Shown here: in pieces, positions 42,586 to 53,835 of the stretch
Numbering within the stretch: the stretch's first letter is position 1
How the letters are laid out: each line of letters opens with the position of its first letter
NCBI GenBank assembly: GCA_030867685.1
Contig: JAQOWU010000008.1
Span: 1,426,001 to 1,490,000, forward strand
Source: Wickerhamiella versatilis
Lineage: Eukaryota
DNA length: 64,000 bases
Direction of reading: 5' to 3'
Notes under the pieces: model-generated
The model's database searches: none
What the model was told of the DNA's origin: nothing
The model's input: the letters and a program-made list of their open reading frames with translations, nothing else
Program-made: the position numbers and the translations under genes

Positions 42586-43443
42586 ATGGCGACTGAGAAG
42601 ATTTTAGCCGAATTCAGGTATGAGGAAACTCTCAGTGATGATGCCACTCTTAAACAGACTGCCTACCTTGGTACATTCCAAGGAAAGCCCTGTGTTGTAA
42701 TCCTCACAAGAAATCACATTCCGTTCATCGTCGATCAACCAGGTAATAAGCTTCCTGTACAGCACTTTTCGCGGATAGATAGTAATGATGTATTTACTTG
42801 GGGAACCGTTGATGTACCTGGTGGTGCCAAGGTTGATCTTATTTATCCTGCAAGTGAATATCTTATTGAAAAGCATCGTAGCAAGCCAAAACGGGTTATC
42901 GTTGAAACTCCTGATATTTATCAACGCATTGTGAAGCCCTACATAGAAACCATGTTAGATTCTCACGATTGGGTTCGCCAAATCTTGTATCATGGAGCTG
43001 AGGCGGACAGTGTATTTTATAACGATGATGACTTCATTCTAATACCGAATTGGAAGTGGGACAGGAAAACCATGTCAGCCTTATACTTGCTGGCTATTGT
43101 GAAGCGTGACGACTTAAGATCTATTCGTGATCTCTCCACTAATGAACTTCCGCTTTTGGAGCGTATGAGACAGCGGATTCTAGAAATCGTGCAGGAGAAT
43201 TATGGTTTAGATCCATCACAATTGAAATTATACTTTCATTATCAGCCATCCTACTACCATCTTCATGTGCATGTTGCATATGTAGGTCTTGAACAATCTG
43301 ATTTTGGGCGATCGATTCTATTCGACAACGTGTTGGACCTTATAAAGGGTCGTGGGATGCAACAGGCGACCTTGAGTTATATCGTGTCAGAAGGCCATAA
43401 ATTGTGGTCGCTGATTAGCGCGGACAATCAATCTAGGTCTTAG
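42586..43443 (+). CDS. DCS1: Scavenger mRNA decapping enzyme (m7GpppX diphosphatase)
   Basis: NDVF.W, IYPASE.LIEK, ETP, PNWKWD and HIT motif HYQPSYYHLHVH. ATG at 42565 or 42586. Confidence 0.93.
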   Translation: MATEKILAEFRYEETLSDDATLKQTAYLGTFQGKPCVVILTRNHIPFIVDQPGNKLPVQHFSRIDSNDVFTWGTVDVPGGAKVDLIYPASEYLIEKHRSKPKRVIVETPDIYQRIVKPYIETMLDSHDWVRQILYHGAEADSVFYNDDDFILIPNWKWDRKTMSALYLLAIVKRDDLRSIRDLSTNELPLLERMRQRILEIVQENYGLDPSQLKLYFHYQPSYYHLHVHVAYVGLEQSDFGRSILFDNVLDLIKGRGMQQATLSYIVSEGHKLWSLISADNQSRS

Positions 43444-43640
43444 AATTTTGTTTCTCAGCTGCAGTAAATTATATATTCTCAGCTTGGGTAAAATAACATA
43501 AATCACTCGAGAATCGCTTATAACTAACTTGGATAAAGTAATCCTCTGAATAGACTGTTAAAAGTAGACGAAAATAATGCTAAGAGGGTTAGCACGTGTG
43601 CTGTTGCATCAGTCGCTCGGTAAGTAAGCAATCTACCAAA

Positions 43641-45927
43641 ATGCATTTCGCGCAGTAAGTATTCCATCGGTTTTTATTGGGCAAGATGTGGCTAACGCAG
43701 GCTACTGGCTGAGGGGGAATTACCAGAATGGAGTGACAAGTATATCGATTATAATCAAGGCAAGCGCCTAATCAAAAGATTAAAGTCAGGTAAACCAATC
43801 GCGAAAAAAGATAGCTTCTTGTCAGAGAACTTAGGGAGCCTGGCACTACCATCACCAGCTATCCCTGCGAATCAGAGCTCATCTTCGTCCTCGTCAGTTC
43901 ACCGTTCTCGAGAAACGATTACCGACAGATCGCCGCTACTATCTACACGGAGGCCATTATATACTGTCTTAGATGCCACACCAAATGATAGTGCGTCACA
44001 ACAGTTGACGAGCCCGAAGTTAGCTGATTTTTTTATATGGCTAAGCTCTGAAGTTGAACAAGCTGATAAGTTCTACATTGAGCAGGAGGCTGATGCTTCA
44101 CGCAATGTCCGTATGCTGGAGACTCAGGTGGAGCATTTCTTGCAACACAAAGCACCAGCGAGACAAAGTAAACGTCGAAGCTTTCTAGCCTCACTTGATC
44201 TTCCCAGTTTGCCGTTGGCATTGCGACCCAATGGCCCAAGACCAAGGCAATCCGGTTTGTTTTCTGACCATGAAGATGATGGTCATGTTTCCTACTGGCA
44301 GGCAAAGCATATGTTGCGCACAGCACTGCGTGAGCAATACGCAGCTATTAAACATCTTCAATCATACAGAGAATTTAACCTGACCGCTGTTCGTAAAGTG
44401 GTGAAAAAGTTTGATAAAACGCTAGGAACCACGACTCTTCCTCGCATAATGAATGAGCTCAAACACATGCATATCGAATCAAGCAATAAATGTGGTCAGA
44501 TGATCTCAAGCGTTGAAAACATGTACGCGAAAGCTTTTGAACAGGGTAACCACAAACATGCAGTTGAAAGCCTTACATTAGATCAGTCCAGCCGATCTCA
44601 TAACGTTGCTATCTTAATTACCGGAATTTTACTTGGCTTATCCATTCCACTGCTTGTCAGGGCTACGTACGTAGGCTTGCACTCTGTCTTAAATGGCAGA
44701 TCTTCCTTCATGCCATTGCTCCAAATTTGGGGTGGAGCTTTGCTATTAATACTTATGCTATTAGGTATGGCTTTGAACGTCATTATTTGGCGAGTATTTC
44801 GTATCAATTACCCGTTTATATTCGAGTTTGATCGCTCTACAATGCTTGATTGGCGTCAAGTAGGCTTACTTCCTTCAATGCTACTTTTTCTTATGTGCTT
44901 TTTTGCATGGTTAACCTTTGATGCTGGAAATATGCTTCCAGACTCTAATATTAATCGTTACTTTTTTTGTATCTTTCTTGGGGTGGCTATCATTGGGTTT
45001 TTGGTACCAGTTCCCTGCTTGCTTTACCCATCTCGTAAATGGCTTTCTCATGGAATTTTTCGGCTTATTTTGAGCGGAACATATCCGGTAGAATTCCGTG
45101 ATTTCTTCCTTGGTGACCTAGGAATCAGCTTGAACAATCCAATATCGAATTTTTCCTTCTTTATTTGCGTCTATAGTCATCAGAATTGGGGGTCTGGATC
45201 GGATATTTCATCTTGTGGCTCTACCAGATCTCGCTCCGTCGGATTTCTCACAGCATTACCAGGCATATGGAGGTTTTTGCAATGTCTGAGACGTTTCGGT
45301 GATAGCTATGACTGGTTTCCACATCTTCTAAATGCTGGAAAATATACTTTCACCATTTTGTACAACGTTACCTTGAGTCTTTTTCGGATTTCGCCACAAA
45401 GCACTTTCCTCAAAGTGATTTTCATAACCTGTGCTGCGATAAACGGTGTCTATAGCGCTTCATGGGACATTTTTATGGACTTTTCATTGGCTGGTTGGGA
45501 ACTTCGCGAAACTTGCATATATCCAAGCTGGGTATATCGGGTCGTTTTGATTCTTGATCCTTTGATGAGACAAAATTGGTTGATCTATCTGCTTCTCTGG
45601 AACAATGTGAAATACAATCCTTGGGCTAGCTTCATTGTGAGTCTGGTCGAGGTTTCAAGAAGGATAATGTGGGCAAATATTCGAGTAGAAAATGAGCATG
45701 CAGCAAATGTCAGTCGATATCGTGCATTCAGAGATTTGGAACTACCTTATGGCGAAATCTCAACACCGCTGCAGCCTATGGGTCCTCCTTCTGGTGGAGT
45801 CACACAGCGAAGGTCCTTTCTGGAGACACCAAGATTTCGAATCTTGCAATCCGCGCATGTTCGTGACTTTCAACGACGTACGCTCGATGATGAGGAAGAG
45901 GAAGACTCCGATGCTGACAGTAACTAA
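43641..45927 (+). CDS. SYG1: SPX-EXS protein Syg1/XPR1; two exons (43641-43654, 43701-45927)
   Basis: Splicing gives MHFAQLLAEGELPEWSDKYIDYNQGKRLIK, a typical SPX start. Also NLTAVRKVVKKFDK and EXS motifs INYPFIFE, VEFRDFFLGD, RFLQCLRR, HLLNAGKY, RVENEH. Confidence 0.92.
43655..43700 (+). other. Spliceosomal intron (46 nt) in SYG1
   Basis: GTAAGT donor, GCTAAC branch point, CAG acceptor; removal joins ATG 43641 in frame to the long ORF. Confidence 0.88.
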
Positions 45928-46443
45928 GTCTATTCTTCGTTATCCTAAAATTCGTGCTGGCGACATCCATGATATTGCCTACATTGTATTTTTAAACCAT
46001 TCAATGTATTAGCTCTCGGCTTGTTTACCTCTTATAGAAGGCTTGATGTGACATAGTCTGCTATGTTGATACATTTTGTTGGATGAAAATGACAATGAGG
46101 CTGCGACTCAGGGACTCTGAGAAGGGTGTAGCTATCATGAAACATTCAGCATTCATTGTAATCTTTTACACTATATATTTTAATTTCTAGATTTTCATAC
46201 ATAAGTACTAAACATGGAGAGATAAATATGATGTATGATTTATTATCTCATCGATATCTCGACTATAAAAAAGGTGCAGCAAACAATACATCCAATATTT
46301 TTCCCCAATGACACTTCAACACTGGCTTATATTTTTTTTGTTTCTTTGGGGAGGCAATATACATATAAAACGGCGCGGAATTAAGCAAAACCATCATCAT
46401 AAACATATTAGGTAAGACGCATTTCAGTTGTAAGAAGATTTCT

Positions 46444-49400
46444 ATGGCTGACCCAGAACTTGCGACGCTGCTGGCAGCGTTGCAAACCGCAGACAGAGGG
46501 ACGAGACAACAGGCTGAGAATTTCCTGGCGCAGGTGGTGCAGAAGGGCCCGGAAGCCCAGGCAAAGCTTCTCGAGGGCTTTGCAGCACTAGCCACAACTG
46601 GAGAACCTGGCCTTCGTAGCTTCGCAGCATTGCTTTTGCGGCGTTATGCAATGACATTCTGTGGTAGTGGGATGACACGAGTTATAGATGTTGTCCCCGC
46701 TGAGTCTCGTGCATCTATTCGCCAAGAAGCGCTAAGAGGAATGACATCTGATGATACAACACTAGCACGGGATACTCGTCATAAGCTTGCTGATGCTGTT
46801 GCAGAGCTTGGTCGTTGCCCTAACTCACATAGTGAAGCCTGGAATGAGCTGCTGCCTTCACTCGCTGAAGCATCGATGAGCCATAATGAAGATATTAGGG
46901 AATCTGTTTTCCGTGTTTTATCGGCAGTCCCAGAAGTCATCGATTCAAGTAAGCAAAATCATATTGACGGAGCAGTAAGTATTCTGAGACAGGGGTTTAG
47001 TGATCCGAGTGATAGAGTACGAGTTGCAGCGACTGAGGCTTTCACAGCGTTTTTCCGCCATCTCCCGAAACAAGCCTGGAAAGAGCTCAAGACACTGTTG
47101 CCCTCAGTTCTACGCGTAATGGAACCTCTTCGTGATGATGGCCGTAGTACGGAGTTGCAACAGGTACTTGAAAGCCTAATAGATCTTGGTGAGATGGCGC
47201 CAAAGATGTTCGTAAGTGTTTTTAGTGAAGTCATCGAATTTTCGTTGAGCGTTGCAGGCGATCGTGATCTTGATGAGGCTACAAGGCTCAGTGCCCTAGA
47301 GTTCGCAACTGTTTTTTGCGATGTGGCTCCGAATATGTGCAGTCAAGAGTCGTCCTATGCTCCAAAACTAGTGCTATCATGTCTTCAGCTTTTGATGGAG
47401 GTGGGAATGGATGACGATGACGCTGCTGAATGGAATAATGAGGATGATGTTGCAGTGTCCGAGGAAGATGAGGAAATCCACCTGGCTGCGAGGAGTTCTC
47501 TGGATCGTTTAGCCCTTAGTTTGGGTGGTCAAGTGTTGGGTCCTGCTCTTTTTCACTGGCTGCCAGACATGGTTAACTCGGTTGACTGGCGAGGTCGTCA
47601 TGGTGCTCTTATGGCTATATCTAATGTTGTTGAAGGATGTCGTGATGTTTTACTCGATGAGCTGAACCAACTAGTGGAAATGGTTCTGCCGCATCTGCAT
47701 GATGCACATTCACGTGTACAATGGGCTGCATGCAATGCTCTAGGACAAATGTCTACCGACCTTGGTCCAGAAATACAACAGCAATATGGAACTCAAATTC
47801 TTCCAGCTTTGATTTCAAAGCTAACCCTTGAATCGGTTCCTAAGGTCCAGGCGCACGCCGCTGCAGCTGTGGTCAACTTCAGCGAAGATGCCACACAGTC
47901 GGTTATGGAGCGGTTTATGGACGATCTTCTATCACACTTGCTGCAACTGTTGAGCTCCCCTAAAAGATATGTGCAGGAACAGGTTCTGACTACTATAGCT
48001 ATTGTAGCAGATAGTGCTCAGGGCCGATTTGCTAAGTATTACGATACTTTAATGCCCTTGTTGCTTCAAGTGATGCGTGCTCCAGATGAGCGCTTCGAGT
48101 ATCGCATGCTTAAAGCCAAAGCAATTGAATGCTCAACCTTGATTGCATTGGCAGTCGGCAAACAAAAACTTGCACCACATTTGCAGCAGTTGGTAGAATC
48201 ATTCGCTGCTATTCAGACTTCCCCTATTGCTGAGGGCGATGATGATCCCTGTCAACCCTATTTGGTTCAAGCATGGGGAAGGTTATGTCGCACAATCGGG
48301 CACGATTTCTTACCGTATCTTGACGGTGTTATGCCACCCCTACTACAAAGTGCAAAAGCTCGTGCAGACTGCCAGTTGCTGGATAAAGAGCAGGCCCAAG
48401 CTGTGGATGCGCAGGAGGGTTGGGAAGTGGTTCCGATGTCTGGTCAATATGTCAGTGTCCACACAGCAGCTTTTGACGAGAAGCAAAATGCTCTTGAACT
48501 TTTGGCTGTTTATGCATCACAGCTGGGTAAAGATTTCCACCCGTATGTGCATGAGGTAGTCACAGACGTGGTAAAGCCAAGTCTAGTGTTTTACTGGAGC
48601 GTTGAAGTGAGATGCGCAGCTGCGAGGCTAGTTCCTCATCTCATAGCAGCCGAACAGCAATATAGTGGTGCTAAAGCCTCTCCAGATGTTATAGCTTTGT
48701 GGGGTTCAATATTCGAGCCACTTTTACAGCTCCTCGCTAAAGGTGAAACTCCCGGTATGGCGGCGGAATTCTTCAGGTGTATTTATCAGTGTTCGTTATT
48801 GATAGATAAAGATGCTATCCCTCCAGCTTTCGTGCCTATTATTGTGAGGCAGGTGGAAAATCAGATCGTTAGTCTTGCAAGCATCCTGGCTGAAAAGGGT
48901 GAAATAGATGATGAATTCGACGAAGGAAGTGACGACGAGGATGATGATATGGATAATGAATACCTAGTTGAGACCGCAAATGAAGTTATTCACGCTGTTT
49001 TCAAAACGCATAGGGATCAGGTTTTGGATGCTGAAGGAGAACACCTTATTCAACTTGCTGGACAATTTGGTGTCGAGGGGAATCCTGATGACTTGAGACA
49101 GTGGTCCCTAGGAGTTTTCTGTGATCTTTTGGAGTTCTGCACTAGTTCTCCGCGTTTTGCTTCCGGTGTTGGTCCGTTAATTGTCTCGGCGCTAGTGAGT
49201 CCTGCAGCTTCGGTTCGTGAAAATGCTGCATATGCAGCTGGCACTGCAGCAATGCATGGGGGATCCGCTTATTCTGAATATGCTCTGCAGTCGTTGCAGC
49301 CCTTATTCCAAATGGTAAGCGGCTCTCAGGCTCGGCAAAGAGGTGAGATCAGTGCAACTGAGACCGGTATTGCTGCGATAGCCAAGATCCTAAAACGTCT

Positions 49401-49737
49401 TGGTGATCAGTTAGGTGACAAATTGGATATTGCAATCAATGAGTTTATTCAAACAGCTTTCCCTGTCACAATTGATACTGAGTCCGCTGCTTTTACATAT
49501 ATGTTTGTCGTGGAACTGGTGGCTAAGAAGCATCCAGCGGTTTTTAACAATATTCCCAAAGTGTTTTTATCTGTCTCAGAGTCGCTATATACGGGTGCGC
49601 TTTCAGGAAAAGCAGCCGAAGCTACGATTGTAGCTACCAAGCAGCTACTAGGTTCACTACCAGAGGGCAAGGCGTTCGAGCTATTAGGAAGTCTATCACC
49701 AGAGCAACAGAAATTCATCACAGAACTGTTCTCTTAA
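46444..49737 (+). CDS. PSE1: Importin beta-3 / karyopherin Kap121
   Basis: 1097-aa HEAT protein with LDRLALSLGG, WRGRHGALMAIS, RVQWAACNALGQMSTD, KAIECSTLIALAVGK, DFLPYL..VMPPLL. Confidence 0.93.
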   Translation: MADPELATLLAALQTADRGTRQQAENFLAQVVQKGPEAQAKLLEGFAALATTGEPGLRSFAALLLRRYAMTFCGSGMTRVIDVVPAESRASIRQEALRGMTSDDTTLARDTRHKLADAVAELGRCPNSHSEAWNELLPSLAEASMSHNEDIRESVFRVLSAVPEVIDSSKQNHIDGAVSILRQGFSDPSDRVRVAATEAFTAFFRHLPKQAWKELKTLLPSVLRVMEPLRDDGRSTELQQVLESLIDLGEMAPKMFVSVFSEVIEFSLSVAGDRDLDEATRLSALEFATVFCDVAPNMCSQESSYAPKLVLSCLQLLMEVGMDDDDAAEWNNEDDVAVSEEDEEIHLAARSSLDRLALSLGGQVLGPALFHWLPDMVNSVDWRGRHGALMAISNVVEGCRDVLLDELNQLVEMVLPHLHDAHSRVQWAACNALGQMSTDLGPEIQQQYGTQILPALISKLTLESVPKVQAHAAAAVVNFSEDATQSVMERFMDDLLSHLLQLLSSPKRYVQEQVLTTIAIVADSAQGRFAKYYDTLMPLLLQVMRAPDERFEYRMLKAKAIECSTLIALAVGKQKLAPHLQQLVESFAAIQTSPIAEGDDDPCQPYLVQAWGRLCRTIGHDFLPYLDGVMPPLLQSAKARADCQLLDKEQAQAVDAQEGWEVVPMSGQYVSVHTAAFDEKQNALELLAVYASQLGKDFHPYVHEVVTDVVKPSLVFYWSVEVRCAAARLVPHLIAAEQQYSGAKASPDVIALWGSIFEPLLQLLAKGETPGMAAEFFRCIYQCSLLIDKDAIPPAFVPIIVRQVENQIVSLASILAEKGEIDDEFDEGSDDEDDDMDNEYLVETANEVIHAVFKTHRDQVLDAEGEHLIQLAGQFGVEGNPDDLRQWSLGVFCDLLEFCTSSPRFASGVGPLIVSALVSPAASVRENAAYAAGTAAMHGGSAYSEYALQSLQPLFQMVSGSQARQRGEISATETGIAAIAKILKRLGDQLGDKLDIAINEFIQTAFPVTIDTESAAFTYMFVVELVAKKHPAVFNNIPKVFLSVSESLYTGALSGKAAEATIVATKQLLGSLPEGKAFELLGSLSPEQQKFITELFS

Positions 49738-49984
49738 TTGAAGGTATCCCTAAAAGTTACAGACTAGCTTAGAGTCATATTCCACTCCTGTAAAAATACT
49801 ATGTCGAAGGCCAGCTGGGAGAGTCATGTGACATACAGTATAACCTCAAAATGGGTAATTTAAAAATCACTGAGCGGTGAAGGGGGCACATGTTCAAGCT
49901 TTAATTAGAACTGATCCCAAATAATTAGGTATATCATAATGTTTAGGAAAATTCAATGACGCCGAAATACGATGCCGAGAACCG

Positions 49985-50686
49985 ATGCTTATTAAGCACA
50001 TCAAAACGATGCCATCACGCGAGGTGACACCAGGCCAGGTTTTGCTGTTTGTGCCGAATCTAATCGGCTATAGCCGAATAATTTTTGCCCTCTCATCACT
50101 TGCCGTGATGAAGTACCACCCAAAAGTGTGCACGGCTTTGTATTGTGTCTCGTGTTTGCTTGATGCGCTTGATGGCCAAGCGGCACGAAAACTGAATCAA
50201 ACTTCCCAATTTGGAGCAATATTGGATATGGTTACAGACCGCTGTACTACAGCTTTATTATGCTGCTATCTCTGTGTAACATATCCTAGTTATGTGATAG
50301 CATTTCAGCTCTTGATTTCCCTCGACCTCGCTTCGCATTACATGCATATGTATGCCACATTGTCAACTGGTTCCACCTCTCATAAGAAAGTCGGGGGAAG
50401 GTCGCGTCTCTTGAAGCTGTACTATTCGAACAACAAAGTTCTATTTATTGTATGTGGTGCGAATGAGCTATTCTACGTGGGACTATACCTCTCTTCATTT
50501 AGCCTACGCTCACCGCCAAGACTAGGATATCTCTACGGCTACCCATTAAGTTATGCCACTTTGATAACCGCAGGCACATTCCCTCTTTGGGCACTCAAGC
50601 AATTGCTGAATATTATTCAAATGGTCCATGCAGGCCAGATTTTAGCCCAAAGCGATGCAGACCAAAAGAATCTGAAAAAACAGTAG
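49985..50686 (+). CDS. PIS1: Phosphatidylinositol synthase
   Basis: FVPNLIGYSR, CDP-alcohol phosphotransferase motif DALDGQAAR...GAILDMVTD, LDLASHYMHMY. Start at 49985 or 50009. Confidence 0.95.
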   Translation: MLIKHIKTMPSREVTPGQVLLFVPNLIGYSRIIFALSSLAVMKYHPKVCTALYCVSCLLDALDGQAARKLNQTSQFGAILDMVTDRCTTALLCCYLCVTYPSYVIAFQLLISLDLASHYMHMYATLSTGSTSHKKVGGRSRLLKLYYSNNKVLFIVCGANELFYVGLYLSSFSLRSPPRLGYLYGYPLSYATLITAGTFPLWALKQLLNIIQMVHAGQILAQSDADQKNLKKQ

Positions 50687-50749
50687 GTCATAGAATTCCG
50701 TAGCGTACCTAAGCGCACATTTGTCATATCCCGATTGTCAATACGACAA

Positions 50750-51412
50750 ATGTCGACAGAGAAATTGATCAATGCTATTAAAACTGAACAGTATAACAAA
50801 GGAGCCCTTGATGTAGATGAGGTTGATCGTAATCCAGCCGTACAATTCCAGAAATGGTTCAAGGAAGCCCAAGATGCTAAAATCACACTCCCCGAAGCAC
50901 TCAATCTTGCCACAGCCGAATTGCCAAGTGGCCGGGTTTCTAACCGGGTAGTTCTCCTCAAAGAATTGGACAAGGATGGACGTCTTGTAATTTATTCGAA
51001 CTGGGGGTATAGTCGCAAAGGAAATGATCTGAAGACGAATTCGTGGGTTTCCCTCTGCTTTTGGTGGAAGGATCTTGAACGGCAGGTCCGTGTCGAGGGC
51101 CGTGCCCAACGGCTTTCACTTGAAGAGTCCAGTGAGTATTTTCACCAAAGGCCACGTGGCTCGCAACTTGGTGCATGGGCCTCTCACCAAAGTCAACCAG
51201 TACCATCCCGCGAGGCACTAGAACAAGCCGCTCATGCTGCTGAAGAAAAGTATGGGGATTCAGATATTATACCCTGTCCCCCTTACTGGGGTGGTGTCGC
51301 CATAAGGCCAGAGCGATGGGAGTTCTGGCAGGGCCGACCCAGCCGACTTCACGACCGTCTAGAATACGTGGCTGATCAGGACAGTTGGAAAATAAACCGT
51401 ATCTGCCCATAA
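50750..51412 (+). CDS. PDX3: Pyridoxamine 5'-phosphate oxidase
   Basis: RVVLLKE, SRKG, RQVRVEG, YFHQRPRGSQLGAWAS.QS, WGG, EFWQGRPSRLHDR. Confidence 0.96.
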   Translation: MSTEKLINAIKTEQYNKGALDVDEVDRNPAVQFQKWFKEAQDAKITLPEALNLATAELPSGRVSNRVVLLKELDKDGRLVIYSNWGYSRKGNDLKTNSWVSLCFWWKDLERQVRVEGRAQRLSLEESSEYFHQRPRGSQLGAWASHQSQPVPSREALEQAAHAAEEKYGDSDIIPCPPYWGGVAIRPERWEFWQGRPSRLHDRLEYVADQDSWKINRICP

Positions 51413-51699
51413 CTCTATATCATTAGCCTCTACATGTCACTTAATTCATTTATGCCACCTATACAGACCGCAAGTACGGCAAGAACTCGCGTCCACCTAT
51501 CCTGGCAGTCATCGCAAAGTTGTTTCAAGGTCAGAAAGTATCTAGGCCTAAAACGTAACAAGGTAAATATGAAGGCCCTGCGTTCATAGTGCCACGATCC
51601 ACCAGAGGCAGAGGGCTACTCACAGATCATTTCATCACACCAAACAACTTTGGAAGGTCATTGAAAAGAAAAGTGTGACTAATAGGGCCCGGTATATAT

Positions 51700-52107
51700 A
51701 TGCCAACTGCGACAGTCACACCAGGTATAAGTAATGGTGTGGTACGTCTTGACAATGGAGTTGCAATAATTGAAATACAAGGGGCCCTAAATAGGGGCTC
51801 CGTTCCATTAGTAGCATCTGATACGGATCTCAACAGAGACTCTCAAGCAGATGATGCCCCGATCACAGCAACAGATATCGGTGAGATAGAACTTGAGGAA
51901 GGGGCAGAAAATGGTTCCTCGGCAACTATGATTGTGGGAAGACAGCAGCTTATGAGAGGCAAGGTGGTCAAGCTTGCAAATCCTCTAGCAGTCTTAGAGC
52001 TACCCACAAACTCAGGTGAAAACGAGGAGGTGAAAACACTAGAGGTGGTCACTCATAAAATTGTGTTCAATCAACGTCCAGAGCCCTACATTGCCGGTAC
52101 ATCATAG
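51700..52107 (+). CDS. CTF8: Ctf18-RFC subunit Ctf8
   Basis: IIEIQG, IG.I, MIVG.QQLMRGKVVKL..PLAVL and KIVFNQRPEP match the Ctf8 pattern. Confidence 0.85.
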   Translation: MPTATVTPGISNGVVRLDNGVAIIEIQGALNRGSVPLVASDTDLNRDSQADDAPITATDIGEIELEEGAENGSSATMIVGRQQLMRGKVVKLANPLAVLELPTNSGENEEVKTLEVVTHKIVFNQRPEPYIAGTS

Positions 52108-52515
52108 ATATGCATGTACCATACTCGTTACGATCACCTCACTCCGCATTATACGTAAATCAGCATTTAGAATTAATCATTTGGGTGTACATGGCAGTCA
52201 AGAAGTCACTTATTTTCCTCTGAGAATTTGTTATTCCTCTTCCTATTTGATTGATAGCTTGTTCTCGGCCGACCACCGGGTAGCCCACAATCCGCTTATG
52301 AAATATATATATTGCATTCCTGCGAAACATGAGAAAGATGACCCAGATAAATGAATTAAATAATTTGATCGATGAATTTACTAACGTCTGCATGGTTTCC
52401 AAACTGTCGCCTCGCTCGTAAGTGGTTTACCCCTTACCCCGCAGGTGAGCCCAGAGGGCGGATTACCCTCGCCCTCCGGTTTAAGTCTAACTAAGACTGT
52501 CGTCAGGCCACCAGC

Positions 52516-53835
52516 ATGGTAGTCGTGGCTAGTGATCCCCACTGGAATAAAATATGTATTGTGATGGTGGGTCTTCCTGCTCGAGGCAAAAGTCTCATGG
52601 CACAAAAAATTGTTCGCTATATGAGCTGGTTGACCATTAAAGCGAAGGCGTTTAATGTTGGCAGTTATCGTCGTTTGGTTGAAGCACACCCTGATGCTAG
52701 TTTCTTCGAGATGGGCAATGAAAAAGGTCAAGAGCTACGTTTCAAGTCCGCACAGGCGGCAATCAATGATATGCTCCACTGGTTCATGACTGAGGATGGA
52801 CGTGTAGGGGTTTACGACGCCACTAATTCTACTAGGGAGCGTCGAGCTTGGATAGTTCAGTGCCTTGAGCCTTATCATATTCACCCCCTCTTCGTTGAGA
52901 CAGTATGCGATGACGAGGAGTTGGTGTTGCATAATGTTCTAGATGTGAAGACGAACTCGCCCGACTACAAAGGTTTTGACCCCGCAAAAGCGGCTGAGGA
53001 CTTCGTGCACAGAATTGCTTATTATCGTGATGCTTACCAGACCATATCCACAAAAGAGAACCTCACGTTTCTCAAAATTATCAATGTAGGCACTCAGGTT
53101 GTGGTGAACCAAATTCGTTCCTATCTTGAAAGCCATATTGTCTACTATTTTATGAATCTTCATACCCGACCACGCAGGCTGTGGCTCTCGCGTCATGGTG
53201 AAAGCATGTACAATCTCAGTGGTAAGTTGGGAGGAGATGCTGATCTTAGTCCCCGGGGACAGATGTACGCAAAAAAATTACCTGAGATGGTAGCCGCTGC
53301 CGTTCAGAACCAGCCGCTCACCATCTGGACGTCAACCCTGCGTAGAACACAACAAACCGCACACTACTTACCTTTCCCGAAGATCTCCTGGAAGGCATTG
53401 GATGAATTGGACGCTGGTGTTTGTGATGGGTTGACGTATGAGGAAATTCAACGAAAGTATCCTGATGACTTTGCTGCGCGTGATGAGAATAAGTACGAGT
53501 ATCGGTATCGCGGTGGTGAATCATACCATGATGTGGTCACTCGCCTTGATCCTATAATTATGGAACTCGAGCGGCAGCAGAATATCATGATAGTCACTCA
53601 TCAAGCTGTTTTGAGATGCATTTATGCCTATTTTATGAATGTTCCCCCAGAAAAAAGCCCCTGGATGGAGGTACCACTCCACACGCTTATCTGCCTCGAA
53701 CCCAGGGCGTATGGAACAGTTGAAACACGCGTTAGCGCCAACATTCCTGCAGTTTCGACATTTAGGGCCAAAGGAGAGGTACCTATGACACCAAAGGACG
53801 TTGAGGCGACAGCTTTTGCATCCCCTGAGCGATAA
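52516..53835 (+). CDS. FBP26: 6-phosphofructo-2-kinase/fructose-2,6-bisphosphatase (Fbp26-like)
   Basis: P-loop MVGLPARGKS, DATNST, histidine phosphatase LSRHGES, LDELDAG, YRGGESY. Confidence 0.9.
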   Translation: MVVVASDPHWNKICIVMVGLPARGKSLMAQKIVRYMSWLTIKAKAFNVGSYRRLVEAHPDASFFEMGNEKGQELRFKSAQAAINDMLHWFMTEDGRVGVYDATNSTRERRAWIVQCLEPYHIHPLFVETVCDDEELVLHNVLDVKTNSPDYKGFDPAKAAEDFVHRIAYYRDAYQTISTKENLTFLKIINVGTQVVVNQIRSYLESHIVYYFMNLHTRPRRLWLSRHGESMYNLSGKLGGDADLSPRGQMYAKKLPEMVAAAVQNQPLTIWTSTLRRTQQTAHYLPFPKISWKALDELDAGVCDGLTYEEIQRKYPDDFAARDENKYEYRYRGGESYHDVVTRLDPIIMELERQQNIMIVTHQAVLRCIYAYFMNVPPEKSPWMEVPLHTLICLEPRAYGTVETRVSANIPAVSTFRAKGEVPMTPKDVEATAFASPER

